This document shows positions 1-11,633 of a stretch of DNA of 64,000 nucleotides, one piece after another (position 1 is the first letter of the stretch; every line of letters starts with the position of its first letter). The notes beneath the pieces were generated by a model that saw only the letters and a program-made list of their open reading frames with translations, made no database searches and had not been told where the DNA came from. This DNA comes from Centroscyllium fabricii (lineage: Eukaryota): positions 93,186,001 through 93,250,000 of the forward strand of contig JBNRSN020000020.1 of the NCBI GenBank assembly GCA_051313645.2, given 5' to 3'. Both the position numbers and the translations under genes were made by a program.

Positions 1-539
1 TTCCTTCCTGCTTCCAAGGAGATGGGACCCGGCGGGGGACGGCTACCCGCCTCCTAGGAAGATGGCACGGAGGCGAGTTGGGCACCCGCCCCCAGATTCA
101 GCCATTTTCCCGGCAGTCCCGCCTCCAAACCCGTCTCCCCGGGGCCGGCAAAATCCAGCCCGACATTTCATAAGTACTTCACTGGCTGTGAAGCGCTTTG
201 GGACTTCCTGAGGCTGCGAAAGATCTTTTTCTTTTTCTTCTTTCTTTAAAAACGTTGAGCTGCAGAGGATTACCCGTGAGGTCGGGTGGGATGGAGAGTG
301 AAATTAGATTTGAGGTTCGGATCAGATCAGCCATGATCTTATTGAATGGCGGAGCGGGCTCGAGGGGCTGATTGGCCGACTCCTGCTCCAATTCATATGT
401 TCTTAATTGTGTTGCTGAGCAAATTAGACATCAGATGAATCAACGGCCTGTGAAATATCCATTATTAAATTATGGTGCAGATTATAATGCTTGTAAAACT
501 ATTACAGATGAGTTTTTTTTTAAACGTAAATGTACCCAG

Positions 540-3500
540 TGTAACCGTCAATAACGTCTTCGGAGTCGAATAGTTGGTTATAATAATCAGGCTTTTATTA
601 ACTACGTTAGCAATACACAACTGAGCTGACTGTCCCCAGAATGGCATGGGGGATGGGGGCAGTCGCTTATATACCTCCTCCAGCGGGGGAGGAGTCATGG
701 GCGGCGCCAGGTATGTTCCTGGGATCCCGTACAGGTATTACAGGGTATTACAGGTATTACAAGGTATTACAAGGTGATTCGTTATATACAGTGATATATG
801 GTTTATCACATTCACCCCTTCTTTAAAACAAAAGTACAGTGGGGTGAACAAAACACGGAAGTACAACGGGGTGAAAAAAAACTAATAATTACAAGGTGCT
901 CATTAACACAATATATACAATCAGAGTTCTTATGACTATAAATTCAGTCTGTCAGGCGGTTTCGTTATCCGCGCTGATCTTCGCACCGCTGGTGGTGCCT
1001 GTGGTGTTCGTTGTCGTGGAGTGGCTGGTTGTGTCGGTTGTTCCCTTGCTGCCGGTCGACTGGTGGTGGTTATATCACTTCTGGGTGGCGGTGATGCCCT
1101 TATTCTGACAGCAGGGGGCGCGTTCTCTCCTTCGTCCTCTGACTCTAGGGGGCGCGCGTTGTGGATCCAGGCTTGGGGCCGGGTCGTGCTGCTCGCAGGT
1201 GCCTTGTGGACATACTGGGGTACTGGGCCCACGTGTCGGGGCGTGTACTTCGGCCTCGGTGGCGCGGGGAGCGTCACAGGACGTTTTGGGAGCTCGGGCT
1301 ACCTGGCGGGGCTGGTTTTGGGGACTCCTGCTGGGGCTAGGTCCTTTATGGACACGGTGTCCTCCCTCCCGTCGGGGTACGCTATGTAAGCGTACTGGGG
1401 ATTGGCGTGCAGGAGGTGGACCCGTTCGACTAGGGGATCTGCCTTGTGTCCCCTCACATGCTTCCGCAGCAGGACCGGTCCCGGAGATAGCAGCCACGAT
1501 GGTAGCGAGGTCCCGGAAGCTGACTTCCTGGGGAAGGCAAAAAGTCTTTCGTGATGGGTGGCATTAGTGGCAGTGCACAGTAGGGACCGGATAGAGTGGA
1601 GGGCTTCAGGGAGAACGTCCTGCCATCGGGTGACTGGGAGGTCTTTGGACTTTAGGGCTAACTGGATGGCTTTCCAGACCGTGGCGTTCTCTCTCTCTAC
1701 CTGCCCGTTCCCCCGGGGGTTGTAGCTGGTAGTCCTGCTAGTCGCGATGCCTTTTGCTAGCAGGAACTGACGCAGCTCGTCACTCATAAAAGGGGCCCCC
1801 CGGTCACTATGGATATAGTTAGGGTACCCGAACAGGGAGAAGATGCTACTGAGGGCTTTGATGACGGTGGCTGAGGTCATGTCCTGGCAGGGTATGGCGA
1901 AGGGGAAACGGGAGTACTCATCTATAACATTGAGGAAATAGACGTTCCTGTTGGCTGAGGGAAGGGGCCCTTTAAAATCGACGCTGAGTCGTTCAAAGGG
2001 GCGAGTGGCCTTGATTAAGTGCGCCCGGTCGGGCCGGTAGAAGTGCGGCTTGCACTCCGCGCAGACCTGGCAGTTGCTGGTCATGGTCTTGACTTCTTCG
2101 ATGGAGTAGGGGAGGTTGCGGGACTTCACAAAGTGAACCAACCTGGTGACCCCCGGGTGGCAGAGGTCATTGTGAAGGGTTTGGAGACGGTCAGCCTGTG
2201 CGCTGGCACAGGTACCGCGGGATAGGGCGTCTGGGGGTTCGTTAAATATCCCGGGCCGGTACAAGATATCATAATTGAACGCCGATAGTTCAATTCTCCA
2301 CCTTAGTATCTTGTTGTTCTTGATCTTACCCCGCTCTTTGTTGTTGAACATAAAAGCGACTGAGCGTTGGTCAGTCAACAGGGTAAAACGCTTGCCGGCC
2401 AGGTAGTTCTTCCAGTGCCGCACTGCTTCAACAATGGCTTGGGCCTCCTTTTCAATTGAGGAATGGCGGGTTTCTGGGCCTTGGAGGGTACGTGAAAAGA
2501 AGGCCACGGGTCTGCCCGCCTGATTAAGGGTGGCGGCCAGGGCAAAGTCCGATACATCACTTTCCACTTGGAATGGGACGGACTCATCCACAGCGTGCAT
2601 TGTGGCTTTGGCGATGTCGTTTTTAATTCTGCAGAATGCCGAGTTGGCTTCTGCAGAAAGTGGGAAAGAGGTTGATTTTAATAGTGGGCGAGCTTTGTCC
2701 GCGTAATTGGGGACCCACTGGGCATAATAGGCAAAGAATCCCAAAATCCGTTTAAGAGATTTGGGGGAGTGGGGGAGGGGAAGCTCCATGAGGGGGCGCA
2801 TGCGGTCCGGGTCTGGACCGATGACTCCATTCTCCACCACGTTGCCGAGGATGGCAAGGCGGGTGGTGCTAAATACACATTTCTCCTTATTATACGTTAA
2901 ATTCAGGGCTTTGGCCGTGTGGAGAAATTTTTGGAGATTGGTGTTATGGTCCTGCTGGTCATGGCCGCAGATGGTCACGTTATCAAGGTACGGGAAGGTC
3001 GCTCGCAGCCTGTACCGATCAACCATTCGGTCCATCTCCCTTTGGAAGACCGAGACCCCGTTCGTGACTCCAAACGGAACCCTAAGGAAGTGGTAGAGGC
3101 GGCCGTCAGCCTCAAAGGCAGTATAGAGACGGTCCTCTGAGCGGTTGGGGAGCTGGTGATAAGCAGATTTAAGGTCAATGGTCGAGAACACTTTAAACTG
3201 GGCGATTTGGTTCACCATGTCCGCTATCCGGGGAAGGGGGTAGGCATCTAATTGGGTGAACCGGTTTATGGTCTGGCTGTAATCCACTACCATCCTATTC
3301 TTCTCCCCGGTTTTCACCACGACTACCTGTGCTCTCCAGGGGCTATTACTGGCCTCTATGACCCCTTCTTTTAGGAGGCGCTGCACCTCGGATTTTATAA
3401 ATGCCATGTCCCCAGCACTGTAGCGCCTACTCTTGGTGGCGACGGGCTTACAGTCTGGGGTGAGATTGGCAAAGAGGGATGGAGGGGCAACCTTAAGGGT

Positions 3501-5199
3501 TGAGAGACCACAGGTAGTGTACTGGGGGTGCCGCTTTGAGCCGCGGTTTGTGACCGTGAGAGGGGGAAGGGGTCCACCGAATGCCATTGTAACGCTCCGA
3601 AGATGGCACTGGAAATCCAGTCCCAGGAGTAGGGGGGCGCAGAGCTGCGGCAGCACGTAAAAACTAAAATCATTGAACATTGCGCCCTGTACATTAAGAG
3701 TTACAATACAGCGCCCGGTGACGTCAGCGGATTCTGACTTGGACGCCATAGATATTCTCTGGCGCGCAGGGATTACTTTAAGGGAGAGGCGCTTAACAGT
3801 ATTCTGGTGAACAAAACTTACTGTGCTCCCACTGTCGAACAGGCACACCACTTCTTCACCGTTAACTTCCACCGGCATCATCGACCTCTCCAGTGGCTGG
3901 ATTTTCCTCTGGTCTAGGCTCACGGATGCTAGTACCAGGTCCTCCAAAAAGTCTTGATCCGGAGAGTAGTTATCTTGGTCCGGAGAGTAGTTATCTTGAT
4001 CCGGAGAGTAGTCCTCCAGATCTGCTCCCCGAGATGGCTGCCGCCATGTGTTGCGCTGTTGAGTCCAAGATGGCCGCTGTTGCTGCCTCGAGTGCTGCCG
4101 AGTGGGGGATGGGTGAGCCCGATATTGCTGCTCCCCTGTTCCACACGCAGCGCTGCCCAGTCTTGATTTAGCATTTGGGCCTTTGCAAACCTTCGCATAG
4201 TGTCCCTTTTTGTCGCACTTGGAGCAGATCGCTTCTTTTGCGGGGCAGCTGCGTCTTGGATGCTGTGGTTGCCCACAGAAGTAGCATTTAGCTTTAGCGT
4301 GGGCCGCTGTGAGAAGTTCCTCTGGCGGTCTTTGCGCCAGTACTGTCCAAGATTGCGGGGCTGGGCCCGTATAGTTACTAGAGTAGGATGATAAATCCGT
4401 AGAGGCGCTATCTAGCGCGTGTCCCAAATCTGTAGTGGCCTGTAAGTCCTGGCCATTCTGCTCTAGCAGTCTTTGCCTAGCATAGTCCGATTTCAGGCCT
4501 GTTACATAGGCATCCCTGATGAGACTCTCCATATGCACTAGAGCCGTTTGCGCTCTGCAGTCACAGTCCTGTGCCAGAATTCTGAGGGCTCTTAGGAACT
4601 GCACACTCGACTCGTTATTCTGTTGTTTTCGGGTGGCGAGTATATGTCTCGCGTGGACTCTGTTTGGTGCCCGATTGTATTCCGCCTCGAGGATCCTGAG
4701 GGCTTCTTGGAATGATGGGGCGTCCACTATCATCGAATATACTTGCGGGCCCACCCGGGCGTGGAGGAGTCGTCGTTTTTGCTCCTCGGTCAGTATGACC
4801 GCTGCGTTGGCTCTAACGTATCCTTCAAGTACATTTCGCCAGTGTGAGAAAGCGTTTGATGCTCCAGGCGATCGGGGGTCAACTTCGAACACTGATGGTT
4901 TCAACATTGTAGTATCCATTTCCAGTCGTTAATAAAATTGTAACCGTCAATAACGTCTTCGGAGTCGAATAGTTGGTTATAATAATCAGGCTTTTATTAA
5001 CTACGTTAGCAATACACAACTGAGCTGACTGTCCCCAGAATGGCATGGGGGATGGGGGCAGTCGCTTATATACCTCCTCCAGTGGGGGAGGAGTCATGGG
5101 CGGCGCCAGGTATGTTCCTGGGATCCCGTACAGGTATTACAGGGTATTACAGGTATTACAAGGTGATTCGTTATATACAGTGATATATGGTTTATCACA
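540..5199 (-). mobile_element. Full-length Ty3/Gypsy LTR retrotransposon (element 1), young
   Basis: TG...CA LTRs at 540-810 and 4939-5199, differing by 1 substitution and one 10-bp AGGTATTACA unit. Flanks CCCAG/GCCAG (5-bp TSD, 1 mismatch). PPT AAAGAAGGGGTGAA next to the 3' LTR. Single gag-pol ORF. Confidence 0.97.
1299..4919 (-). CDS. Gag-Pol polyprotein of element 1 (two CCHC knuckles, protease, RT, RNase H, integrase)
   Basis: 1206-aa ORF with CYFCGQPQHPRRSC/CSKCDKKGHYAKVC, LFDSGS protease, RT YLDN, RNase H, HHCC zinc finger and DDE integrase (VDFKGP...SDRG...VEREN). A single TAG at 1299-1301 separates it from an in-frame Pro-rich tail running to 936. Confidence 0.93.
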   Translation of the reverse strand: MDTTMLKPSVFEVDPRSPGASNAFSHWRNVLEGYVRANAAVILTEEQKRRLLHARVGPQVYSMIVDAPSFQEALRILEAEYNRAPNRVHARHILATRKQQNNESSVQFLRALRILAQDCDCRAQTALVHMESLIRDAYVTGLKSDYARQRLLEQNGQDLQATTDLGHALDSASTDLSSYSSNYTGPAPQSWTVLAQRPPEELLTAAHAKAKCYFCGQPQHPRRSCPAKEAICSKCDKKGHYAKVCKGPNAKSRLGSAACGTGEQQYRAHPSPTRQHSRQQQRPSWTQQRNTWRQPSRGADLEDYSPDQDNYSPDQDNYSPDQDFLEDLVLASVSLDQRKIQPLERSMMPVEVNGEEVVCLFDSGSTVSFVHQNTVKRLSLKVIPARQRISMASKSESADVTGRCIVTLNVQGAMFNDFSFYVLPQLCAPLLLGLDFQCHLRSVTMAFGGPLPPLTVTNRGSKRHPQYTTCGLSTLKVAPPSLFANLTPDCKPVATKSRRYSAGDMAFIKSEVQRLLKEGVIEASNSPWRAQVVVVKTGEKNRMVVDYSQTINRFTQLDAYPLPRIADMVNQIAQFKVFSTIDLKSAYHQLPNRSEDRLYTAFEADGRLYHFLRVPFGVTNGVSVFQREMDRMVDRYRLRATFPYLDNVTICGHDQQDHNTNLQKFLHTAKALNLTYNKEKCVFSTTRLAILGNVVENGVIGPDPDRMRPLMELPLPHSPKSLKRILGFFAYYAQWVPNYADKARPLLKSTSFPLSAEANSAFCRIKNDIAKATMHAVDESVPFQVESDVSDFALAATLNQAGRPVAFFSRTLQGPETRHSSIEKEAQAIVEAVRHWKNYLAGKRFTLLTDQRSVAFMFNNKERGKIKNNKILRWRIELSAFNYDILYRPGIFNEPPDALSRGTCASAQADRLQTLHNDLCHPGVTRLVHFVKSRNLPYSIEEVKTMTSNCQVCAECKPHFYRPDRAHLIKATRPFERLSVDFKGPLPSANRNVYFLNVIDEYSRFPFAIPCQDMTSATVIKALSSIFSLFGYPNYIHSDRGAPFMSDELRQFLLAKGIATSRTTSYNPRGNGQVERENATVWKAIQLALKSKDLPVTRWQDVLPEALHSIRSLLCTATNATHHERLFAFPRKSASGTSLPSWLLSPGPVLLRKHVRGHKADPLVERVHLLHANPQYAYIAYPDGREDTVSIKDLAPAGVPKTSPAR

Positions 5200-6299
5200 G
5201 CCAGTACTACATTGAAGTAGCAGATTCGATCACATGCTTCAACCACCAACTTCCCATCGAGATATACTACAAAATTTATAAATAAAACCTGAAGGGTTTG
5301 AGTCAGGAGGATTTTTTTTTATCGCAACTGTCGCAGTTGTAAAAAGCTTGTTCCTGTTTTTCTGGTTGATTTTAAATTGAGTGAGTAAATGAATACACCA
5401 CAATATTTAGTTCAGTGTGCTCTCTGTCTCCTCAGCATCTGCTTTCAAGGGAAGAAAGAAAACAAAGGACACACACAATAGCCTAGAAATTTAGGTGTGC
5501 CTATTTTTAGGTATCTGGTGGGGTTGGGCGGGGGGGGGGGGGAAGGGTACAATCCCTATGCCTGAATGGTGAGGCCCGATGCGCCCCCAATATTGGGCCT
5601 CATTTCCTCCAAGCGGGTGAGCTGCGGCGAGTAAGAGGCTTCTTTCCCAGTGAAGCGTCACTGAAGATTGAGCAGCTGCGAGGCTAGCAGTGACCCTCAG
5701 GTAAGTGAGGAAGAGGGGCGATATTGAGGGGGTGGGGGGTGGTGAGATTAGTGGCTGGGGATTGGATTTGCTGGGGTTGGGTGTTTGGTCGGTGGAGGGC
5801 GGGGGGGCTTCAGTGGCCGTTTGAGGGTGGGGGGGCTGTATGGGACCATCCCAGGCTGCTTTACTGTGGGATCAGGAGGAATCCCGCTCCTCCCGGCTCC
5901 ACGTTCTGGTTAAGTATGGAGTCCTTCCTGCTGGTTAGTGCTACGTTGTGCTGTGAAAATTCAGCACGTGGCGAGTGAAGCCCTGGAGCATTCGAAAATT
6001 GAGAACTGGTCCCGCAAGAGGCACAGGGCCCTAACTCAAATAAATTATTACCGCTTTTGAATGTTCCCGACATGTGCTCCTGAAGCCCCCTCATCCAATA
6101 TAGTGGGCGGCGCACATCCAGCCGGAAATGTGCATCGGCTTCTTGCCAGAGACACGTTGATTGGGGCCATGTGCAGATGTCCATGTGGCATGCATTATGT
6201 AACTTATCCAGGAGCTGGAGAGTTAGGTCCTTGCTGCTTTGCTGCTGTTTTACTGGTGTATCTCTGTAGATGGCCAACAATAGTTTCCACAAAGTCAAA

Positions 6300-6755
6300 G
6301 CTCATGTCGTACGAGGAGAGATTGGGTCGACTGGGCCTCTATTCATGAGATTTTAGAAGAATGAGAGGGGATCTCATTGAAACGTATAAATTCTGACAGG
6401 GCGAGACAGACTGGATGCAGGGAGGCTGTTTCCCCTGGCTGGGGGGGTCTAGAATGAGGGGTCACAGTCTCAGGATACGGGGTAGGACATTTAGGACTGA
6501 GATGAGGAGAAATTTCTTCACTCAGAGGGTGGTGAATCTGTGGAATTCTCTACCACAGAAGGCTGTGGAAGCCAAGTCACTGAATATATTTAAGAAGGAG
6601 GTGGATAGATTTCTAGACACAAAAGGAGTTAAGGGGTATGGGGAGAGAGCGGGAATATGGTATTGAGATAAAGGATCAGCCATGATCATATTGAATGATG
6701 GAGCAGGCTCGAAGGGCCGAATGGCCGACTCCTGCTCCTATTTTTCTATGTTTGT
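6300..6755 (+). mobile_element. CR1 (HER1-like) LINE 3' end, 5'-truncated
   Basis: C-terminal RT-ORF peptide YEERLGRLGLYS...RGHSLRI...RNFFTQRVVNLWNSLP, then the shark CR1 tail GATCAGCCATGAT...GAATGG...CTCCTGCTCCTAT. Confidence 0.88.
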
Positions 6756-6906
6756 ACTGGCCTCTACTCCCGTATACCATGATGTCCTTTAATCACTTCA
6801 TCCATGCTTAAGAGCTTGGAGTGCGGGCGAGCCCGAGAGAATTCTCCAATAATCAGCATGTCCATCACCAGGGGCTGAGTCGGAGTGAGATAGCTGCGAG
6901 GCTGAA

Positions 6907-9900
6907 TGACGTATCGTCAATACCTTCGATTAAAAGAGTCGACGAGTAGTTACCGAAACTAAAGGCTTTTAATTGCTAAGAACGGAGCTACCCTCCGGAA
7001 CGAACTTCTGTACAGGAATGAGGAGCCTCGGTCAGATCTCACCTATAACGGGGCCTCACCTGGGGGAGGAGTTGGAGGTGTGGCTGACCTGGCTCCCAAC
7101 AGTGTCACAGTATACAGGGCTGTGCCTAACATCTGCACAGCCCATTATTAGCCATAATAATACAGTGGTAATGTTAACACAAAAGGGTTACCACATTCAC
7201 CCCTTCTTGAAAATTTTAAGTCCGGGGGGGGCGGGGGGTGAATGGGTCGAACAGTTCATGATAAGTCTGTCTGGCGGTCGTGTCTGCCTGGAGGACTGCC
7301 GGCGTTCCGGTGTTGGTGGTGGTGCCTCCTGGTTCGAATCGCCCGCATCTGCCGGTGCTGTGGCTACAGGTGGCGCTGGACTCGGCTGGTCCCCGCCGTC
7401 CGGGTCGTAGTTCAGTGCAGGCCACTGCTGGTGTTCGGGGAAACTCAGGGGCCATCGTGTGTCTGGTGGTTGATCGGCCTGCTGGCCGGCCGGGGGCTCT
7501 GCGGTGGTGCTTTCTGCGGGAGCCAGGTCCCTGATGGACACGGTGTCCTCACGCCCGTCCGGGAACTGCACGAAGGCGTAGTGCGGGTTTGCGTGTAGGA
7601 GCTGTACCTTGTCCACCAGGGGGTCTGTCTTGTGGCTCCGGACATGCCTTCTAAGCAAAACCGGCCCCGGAGTCGTCAGCCATGGCGGAAGGGCTGTCCC
7701 CGAAGTCGATTTCCTGTTGAAAGAGAAAATCAGATCGTGCGGGGTGGCGTTAGTGGCAGTACATAATAGAGAGCGTATAGAGTGCAGCGCGTCTGGGAGG
7801 ACTGCCTACCAATGTGACACTGGAAGGCCTCTGGACTTGAGAGCCAGGGTGACCGCCTTCCAAATGATCCCATTCTCCCTTTCTACCTGGCCGTTCCCCC
7901 GGGGGTTATAACTGGTCGTTCTGCTCGTGGCAACCCCTCTCTGGAGCAGAAACTGGCGCAGTTCATCGCTCATGAACGATGACCCCCGGTCGCTATGGAT
8001 GTAGCTGGGGAGACCGAAGATGGCGAACAGCATGGTGAAGTGTTTGATCACCGTTGCGCTCGTCATGTCTGGGCAGGGGAAGGCGAAGGGGAAGCGGGAG
8101 AACTCATCCACTACCGTGAGGAAGTATGAGTTGCGGTCGGTGGACGGGAGGGGGCCTTTGAAGTCCACGCTGAGACGTTCAAAGGGGCGGGTGGCCTTAA
8201 TGAGGTGCGCCGTGTCTGGCCGGAAAAAGTGGGGTTTGCACTCGGCGCAGACAGGGCACTCTCGGGTCATAGCCTTGATCTCCGTGATGGAGTAGGGGAG
8301 GCTACGGGACTTGACGAAGTGGGCGAGTCTGGTGACACCCGGGTGGCAAAGGCGGTCGTGGAGGTCCTTCAGCCGGTCTAGCTGGGCACTGGCGCACGTT
8401 CCCCTGGACAGTGCGTCCGGGGGTTCATTGAGTTTGCCTCGTCGGTAAAGAATGTCATACTCGTAAGTCGAGAGTTCGATCTGCCACCGCAGGATCTTAT
8501 CATTCTTGATTTTACCCCGTTGTTTATTGTTAAACATAAACGCCACCGACCGTTGGTCGGTGAGCAGGGTAAAACACTTACCGGCCAGGTAATGACGCCA
8601 GTAGCGCACGGACTCCATGATGGCCTGGGCCTCCTTTTCCACTGCTGAGTGGCGAGTTTCGGGTCCCTGTAGGGTGCGGGAGAAAAACGCTACGGGCCTG
8701 CCTGCCTGATTCAGGGTGGCAGCAAGGGCAAAGTCCGAAGCATCGCTCTCCACCTGGAAAGGGATGGATTCATCAATAGCGAGCATGGTCGCCTTGATAA
8801 TATCTTCCTTTATCCTTGCGAATGCCGTTTGGGCTTCTACAGAAAGGGGGAAGACGGCAGCCTTGAGGAGTGGTCTAGCCTTATCTGCGAACTGTGGGAC
8901 CCATTGTGCATAATAGGAGAAAAATCCTAGGCATCTCCTCAAGGCTTTGGGGTTGTGAGGTAGGGGCAGTTCTTGCAGGGGTCGCATACGCTGTGGGTCG
9001 GGGCCGAGGACCCCGTTCTCCACCACGTATCCAAGGATGGCGAGCCGGTCTGTATTAAAGACACATTTGTCTTTGTTATACGTAAGGTCCAGCTTGGCCG
9101 CCGTGTCGAGAAATTTGGCCAGATTGGCATCGTGGTCCTGCTGGTCGTGGCCGCAGATGGTCACGTTGTCCAGGTAAGGGAAAGTGGCCTGCAAGTCATT
9201 TTGGTCGACCATACGGTCCATCTCCCGTTGGAACACAGACACTCCGTTGGTCACGCCAAAGGGGACCCGGAGGAAGTGGTAGAGCCGACCGTTCGCCTCG
9301 AAGGCGGTGTAGGGGCGGTCGGCTTTCCGAATCGGGAGCTGATGATACGCCGATTTAAGGTCGATCGTGGAGAACACCTTGTACTGGGCGATCTGGTTGA
9401 CCATGTCTGAGATGCGGGGAAGGGGGTAGGCGTCGAGCCCGGTGTAGCGGTTGATAGTCTGGCTGTAATCGATAACCAGCCGCTGTTTCTCGCCAGACTT
9501 CACCACTACAACTTGGGCGCGCCAGGGGCTGGTGCTGGCTTCAATTATCCCCTCCTTCAGCATCCGCCCGACCTCCGACCTGATAAACGTGCGATCCCCC
9601 TCACTGTACCGCCGACTCTTAGTAGCAATGGGTTTGCACTTCGGATCGAGGTTGGCGAACAGCGAGGGGGGGTCGATTTTCAGGGTGGAGAGGCCGCAGG
9701 CCGGGCTCCGCTTTGGGAAGAGATTGTCCTGGCTACTGACGGTGAGGGGGGGCAAGGTCCCGCCGAACTCCATTGTCACGCTCCTGAAGTGGCACTGGAA
9801 GTCCAAACCTAGTAAGGCTGGGGCACACAACTGCTGGAGGGTATACAATTTAAAATTACGGTACACGCGCCCCTTGACGGTGAGCGTGACGGAGCAGTAG

Positions 9901-11633
9901 CCGGTGACGTCCGCGGTGTGGGACTGTGAAGCTAGGGAGACTTGGTAGTTGGTGGGCAGGACCTGCAGTCCGCAGCACCGCACTGTATCGGGGTGTACGA
10001 AACTCTCCGTGCTGCCTGTGTCGAAAAGGCAGTCGACAGTGTAGTCATTAATCTTAATCGGCATTATGGAGTTAGACAGGTTATGAGGCCTGTCCTGGCT
10101 AACTCTGATTCTGGTTGCCGCAGCCCCTGCTGATCGGGGCTGTGCACAAGATGGCGGCGCCCCTGGCTCGCGCATGGTGGGGCCCTGGGTACAAGATGGC
10201 GGTGCCCCAGGCTCGCACATGGAGGGGCCCTGGGTACAAAATGGCGTCGCCGAGGGGACGCTCATGGTGGGGCCCTGTGAACGCGCTGGCGGCGCCCGTG
10301 ATTCGCACGCAGCGGACCGCGGTGGTCGGGTTGGCGGTGCCCGTGATTCGCACGCAGCGGGACACGGTGGTCGGGTTGGCGGTGCCCGTGATTCGCACGC
10401 AGCCGGCCGCGTTGGGGGGTCGCGCTCGGCCGGCCTTTGCCGCATCGGGGTGGGGGGATGGGGGCGCTTGTTGTCTACCCCGTACCGTCGCTGGATCGCG
10501 CTGCTATTGCAGCTTACCTGGTGTCTGTCGGTGCTCTCACAGGCTGCACTGTTGTACCTTGGGTTGGGCGCTGCTGGAGCTGATCTGCAGGCTTTAGCGT
10601 AGTGTCCCTTCTTAGCACATTTCTCGCAGGTCGCTGTCCTGGCTGGGCATTTCGCTCTTGGGTGCAGTCCCTGGCTGCAGAAATAGCAGCGTTTATCTTT
10701 ATTGGCCGTCGTGGCCATCGTGAGGGCCTCGGCCCGTTGTGGTGCTGCCCAGGCCTGGGCCTGTTGTGGCGCGGCCCATATGTTGTAGGCTTGCGGGTTA
10801 GTGCCGCTGTACGCCTGTAACTTGTTTCGGGCCCCCTCTACTGATTTGGCTATCTTAGTCGCCTCCTCGAGGGATAAATCGTCTTTCTCTAGTAGCCGCT
10901 GGCGGGCTTCCACACACCTCAGTCCCGTAACGTAAGCGTCCCGAACGAGGAGTTCTGCCTCCTCTTCAGCTGTTCTGACTTGGCAGCCACAGACTCGTAC
11001 CAAGGCCAGGAGCGCTTGCTCGAACTCCTCATTGGACTCACCCGGTAGCTGAGATCTGGTCGCAAGCACATGGACCGGGCGCTCATAGTATTTTCGCAAT
11101 AGTCGTACGGCCGCTGTGTAGGTTGAGGCGTTCCTGATGAGGGTGAATACCCTGCTGGAGATTCTCGACCGTAGGACCTGCAATTTGTTCCTGTCCGATG
11201 TAGGCTTGGCGGCGTCCATGTAGGCCTCCAGGAGGCCGAACCAGTGTTCGTACGTGGTAGCAGCGGCAGGGTCCTGGGGACTGATGTCCAGCTTCTCAGG
11301 TTTAACTGCGCTGCTCTCCATTTTAAAAATAATTAGCAATTAAAATTGACGTATCGTCAATACCTTCAATTAAAAGAGTCGACAAGTAGTTACCGAAACT
11401 AAAGGCTTTTAATTGCTAAGAACGGAGCTACCCTCCGGAACGAACTTCTGTACAGGAATGAGGAGCCTCGGTCAGATCTCACCTATAACGGGGCCTCACC
11501 TGGGGGAGGAGTTGGAGGTGTGGCTGACCTGGCTCCCAACAGTGTCACAGTATACAGGGCTGTGCCTAACATCTGCACAGCTCATTATTAGCCATAATAA
11601 TAGTGGTAATGTTAACACAAAAGGGTTACCACA
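6907..11633 (-). mobile_element. Full-length Ty3/Gypsy LTR retrotransposon (element 2), same family as element 1
   Basis: LTRs 6907-7195 and 11347-11633 (3 substitutions, one 2-bp indel). Perfect 5-bp TSD CTGAA (6902-6906, 11634-11638). PPT AAGAAGGGGTGAA. Confidence 0.97.
7806..11321 (-). CDS. Gag-Pol polyprotein of element 2, premature stop in integrase C-terminal region
   Basis: ATG at 11321 (MESSAVKPEKLD), two CCHC, LFDTGS, YLDN, RNase H, integrase. TAG at 7806-7808, with the frame continuing in ORF 7197-7658. Confidence 0.9.
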   Translation of the reverse strand: MESSAVKPEKLDISPQDPAAATTYEHWFGLLEAYMDAAKPTSDRNKLQVLRSRISSRVFTLIRNASTYTAAVRLLRKYYERPVHVLATRSQLPGESNEEFEQALLALVRVCGCQVRTAEEEAELLVRDAYVTGLRCVEARQRLLEKDDLSLEEATKIAKSVEGARNKLQAYSGTNPQAYNIWAAPQQAQAWAAPQRAEALTMATTANKDKRCYFCSQGLHPRAKCPARTATCEKCAKKGHYAKACRSAPAAPNPRYNSAACESTDRHQVSCNSSAIQRRYGVDNKRPHPPTPMRQRPAERDPPTRPAACESRAPPTRPPCPAACESRAPPTRPPRSAACESRAPPARSQGPTMSVPSATPFCTQGPSMCEPGAPPSCTQGPTMREPGAPPSCAQPRSAGAAATRIRVSQDRPHNLSNSIMPIKINDYTVDCLFDTGSTESFVHPDTVRCCGLQVLPTNYQVSLASQSHTADVTGYCSVTLTVKGRVYRNFKLYTLQQLCAPALLGLDFQCHFRSVTMEFGGTLPPLTVSSQDNLFPKRSPACGLSTLKIDPPSLFANLDPKCKPIATKSRRYSEGDRTFIRSEVGRMLKEGIIEASTSPWRAQVVVVKSGEKQRLVIDYSQTINRYTGLDAYPLPRISDMVNQIAQYKVFSTIDLKSAYHQLPIRKADRPYTAFEANGRLYHFLRVPFGVTNGVSVFQREMDRMVDQNDLQATFPYLDNVTICGHDQQDHDANLAKFLDTAAKLDLTYNKDKCVFNTDRLAILGYVVENGVLGPDPQRMRPLQELPLPHNPKALRRCLGFFSYYAQWVPQFADKARPLLKAAVFPLSVEAQTAFARIKEDIIKATMLAIDESIPFQVESDASDFALAATLNQAGRPVAFFSRTLQGPETRHSAVEKEAQAIMESVRYWRHYLAGKCFTLLTDQRSVAFMFNNKQRGKIKNDKILRWQIELSTYEYDILYRRGKLNEPPDALSRGTCASAQLDRLKDLHDRLCHPGVTRLAHFVKSRSLPYSITEIKAMTRECPVCAECKPHFFRPDTAHLIKATRPFERLSVDFKGPLPSTDRNSYFLTVVDEFSRFPFAFPCPDMTSATVIKHFTMLFAIFGLPSYIHSDRGSSFMSDELRQFLLQRGVATSRTTSYNPRGNGQVERENGIIWKAVTLALKSRGLPVSHW

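Noticed and set aside
5480-6298. Possible DNA-transposon remnant and 145-aa ORF
   Set aside because: Could not define TIRs, TSD or a recognisable domain by eye.
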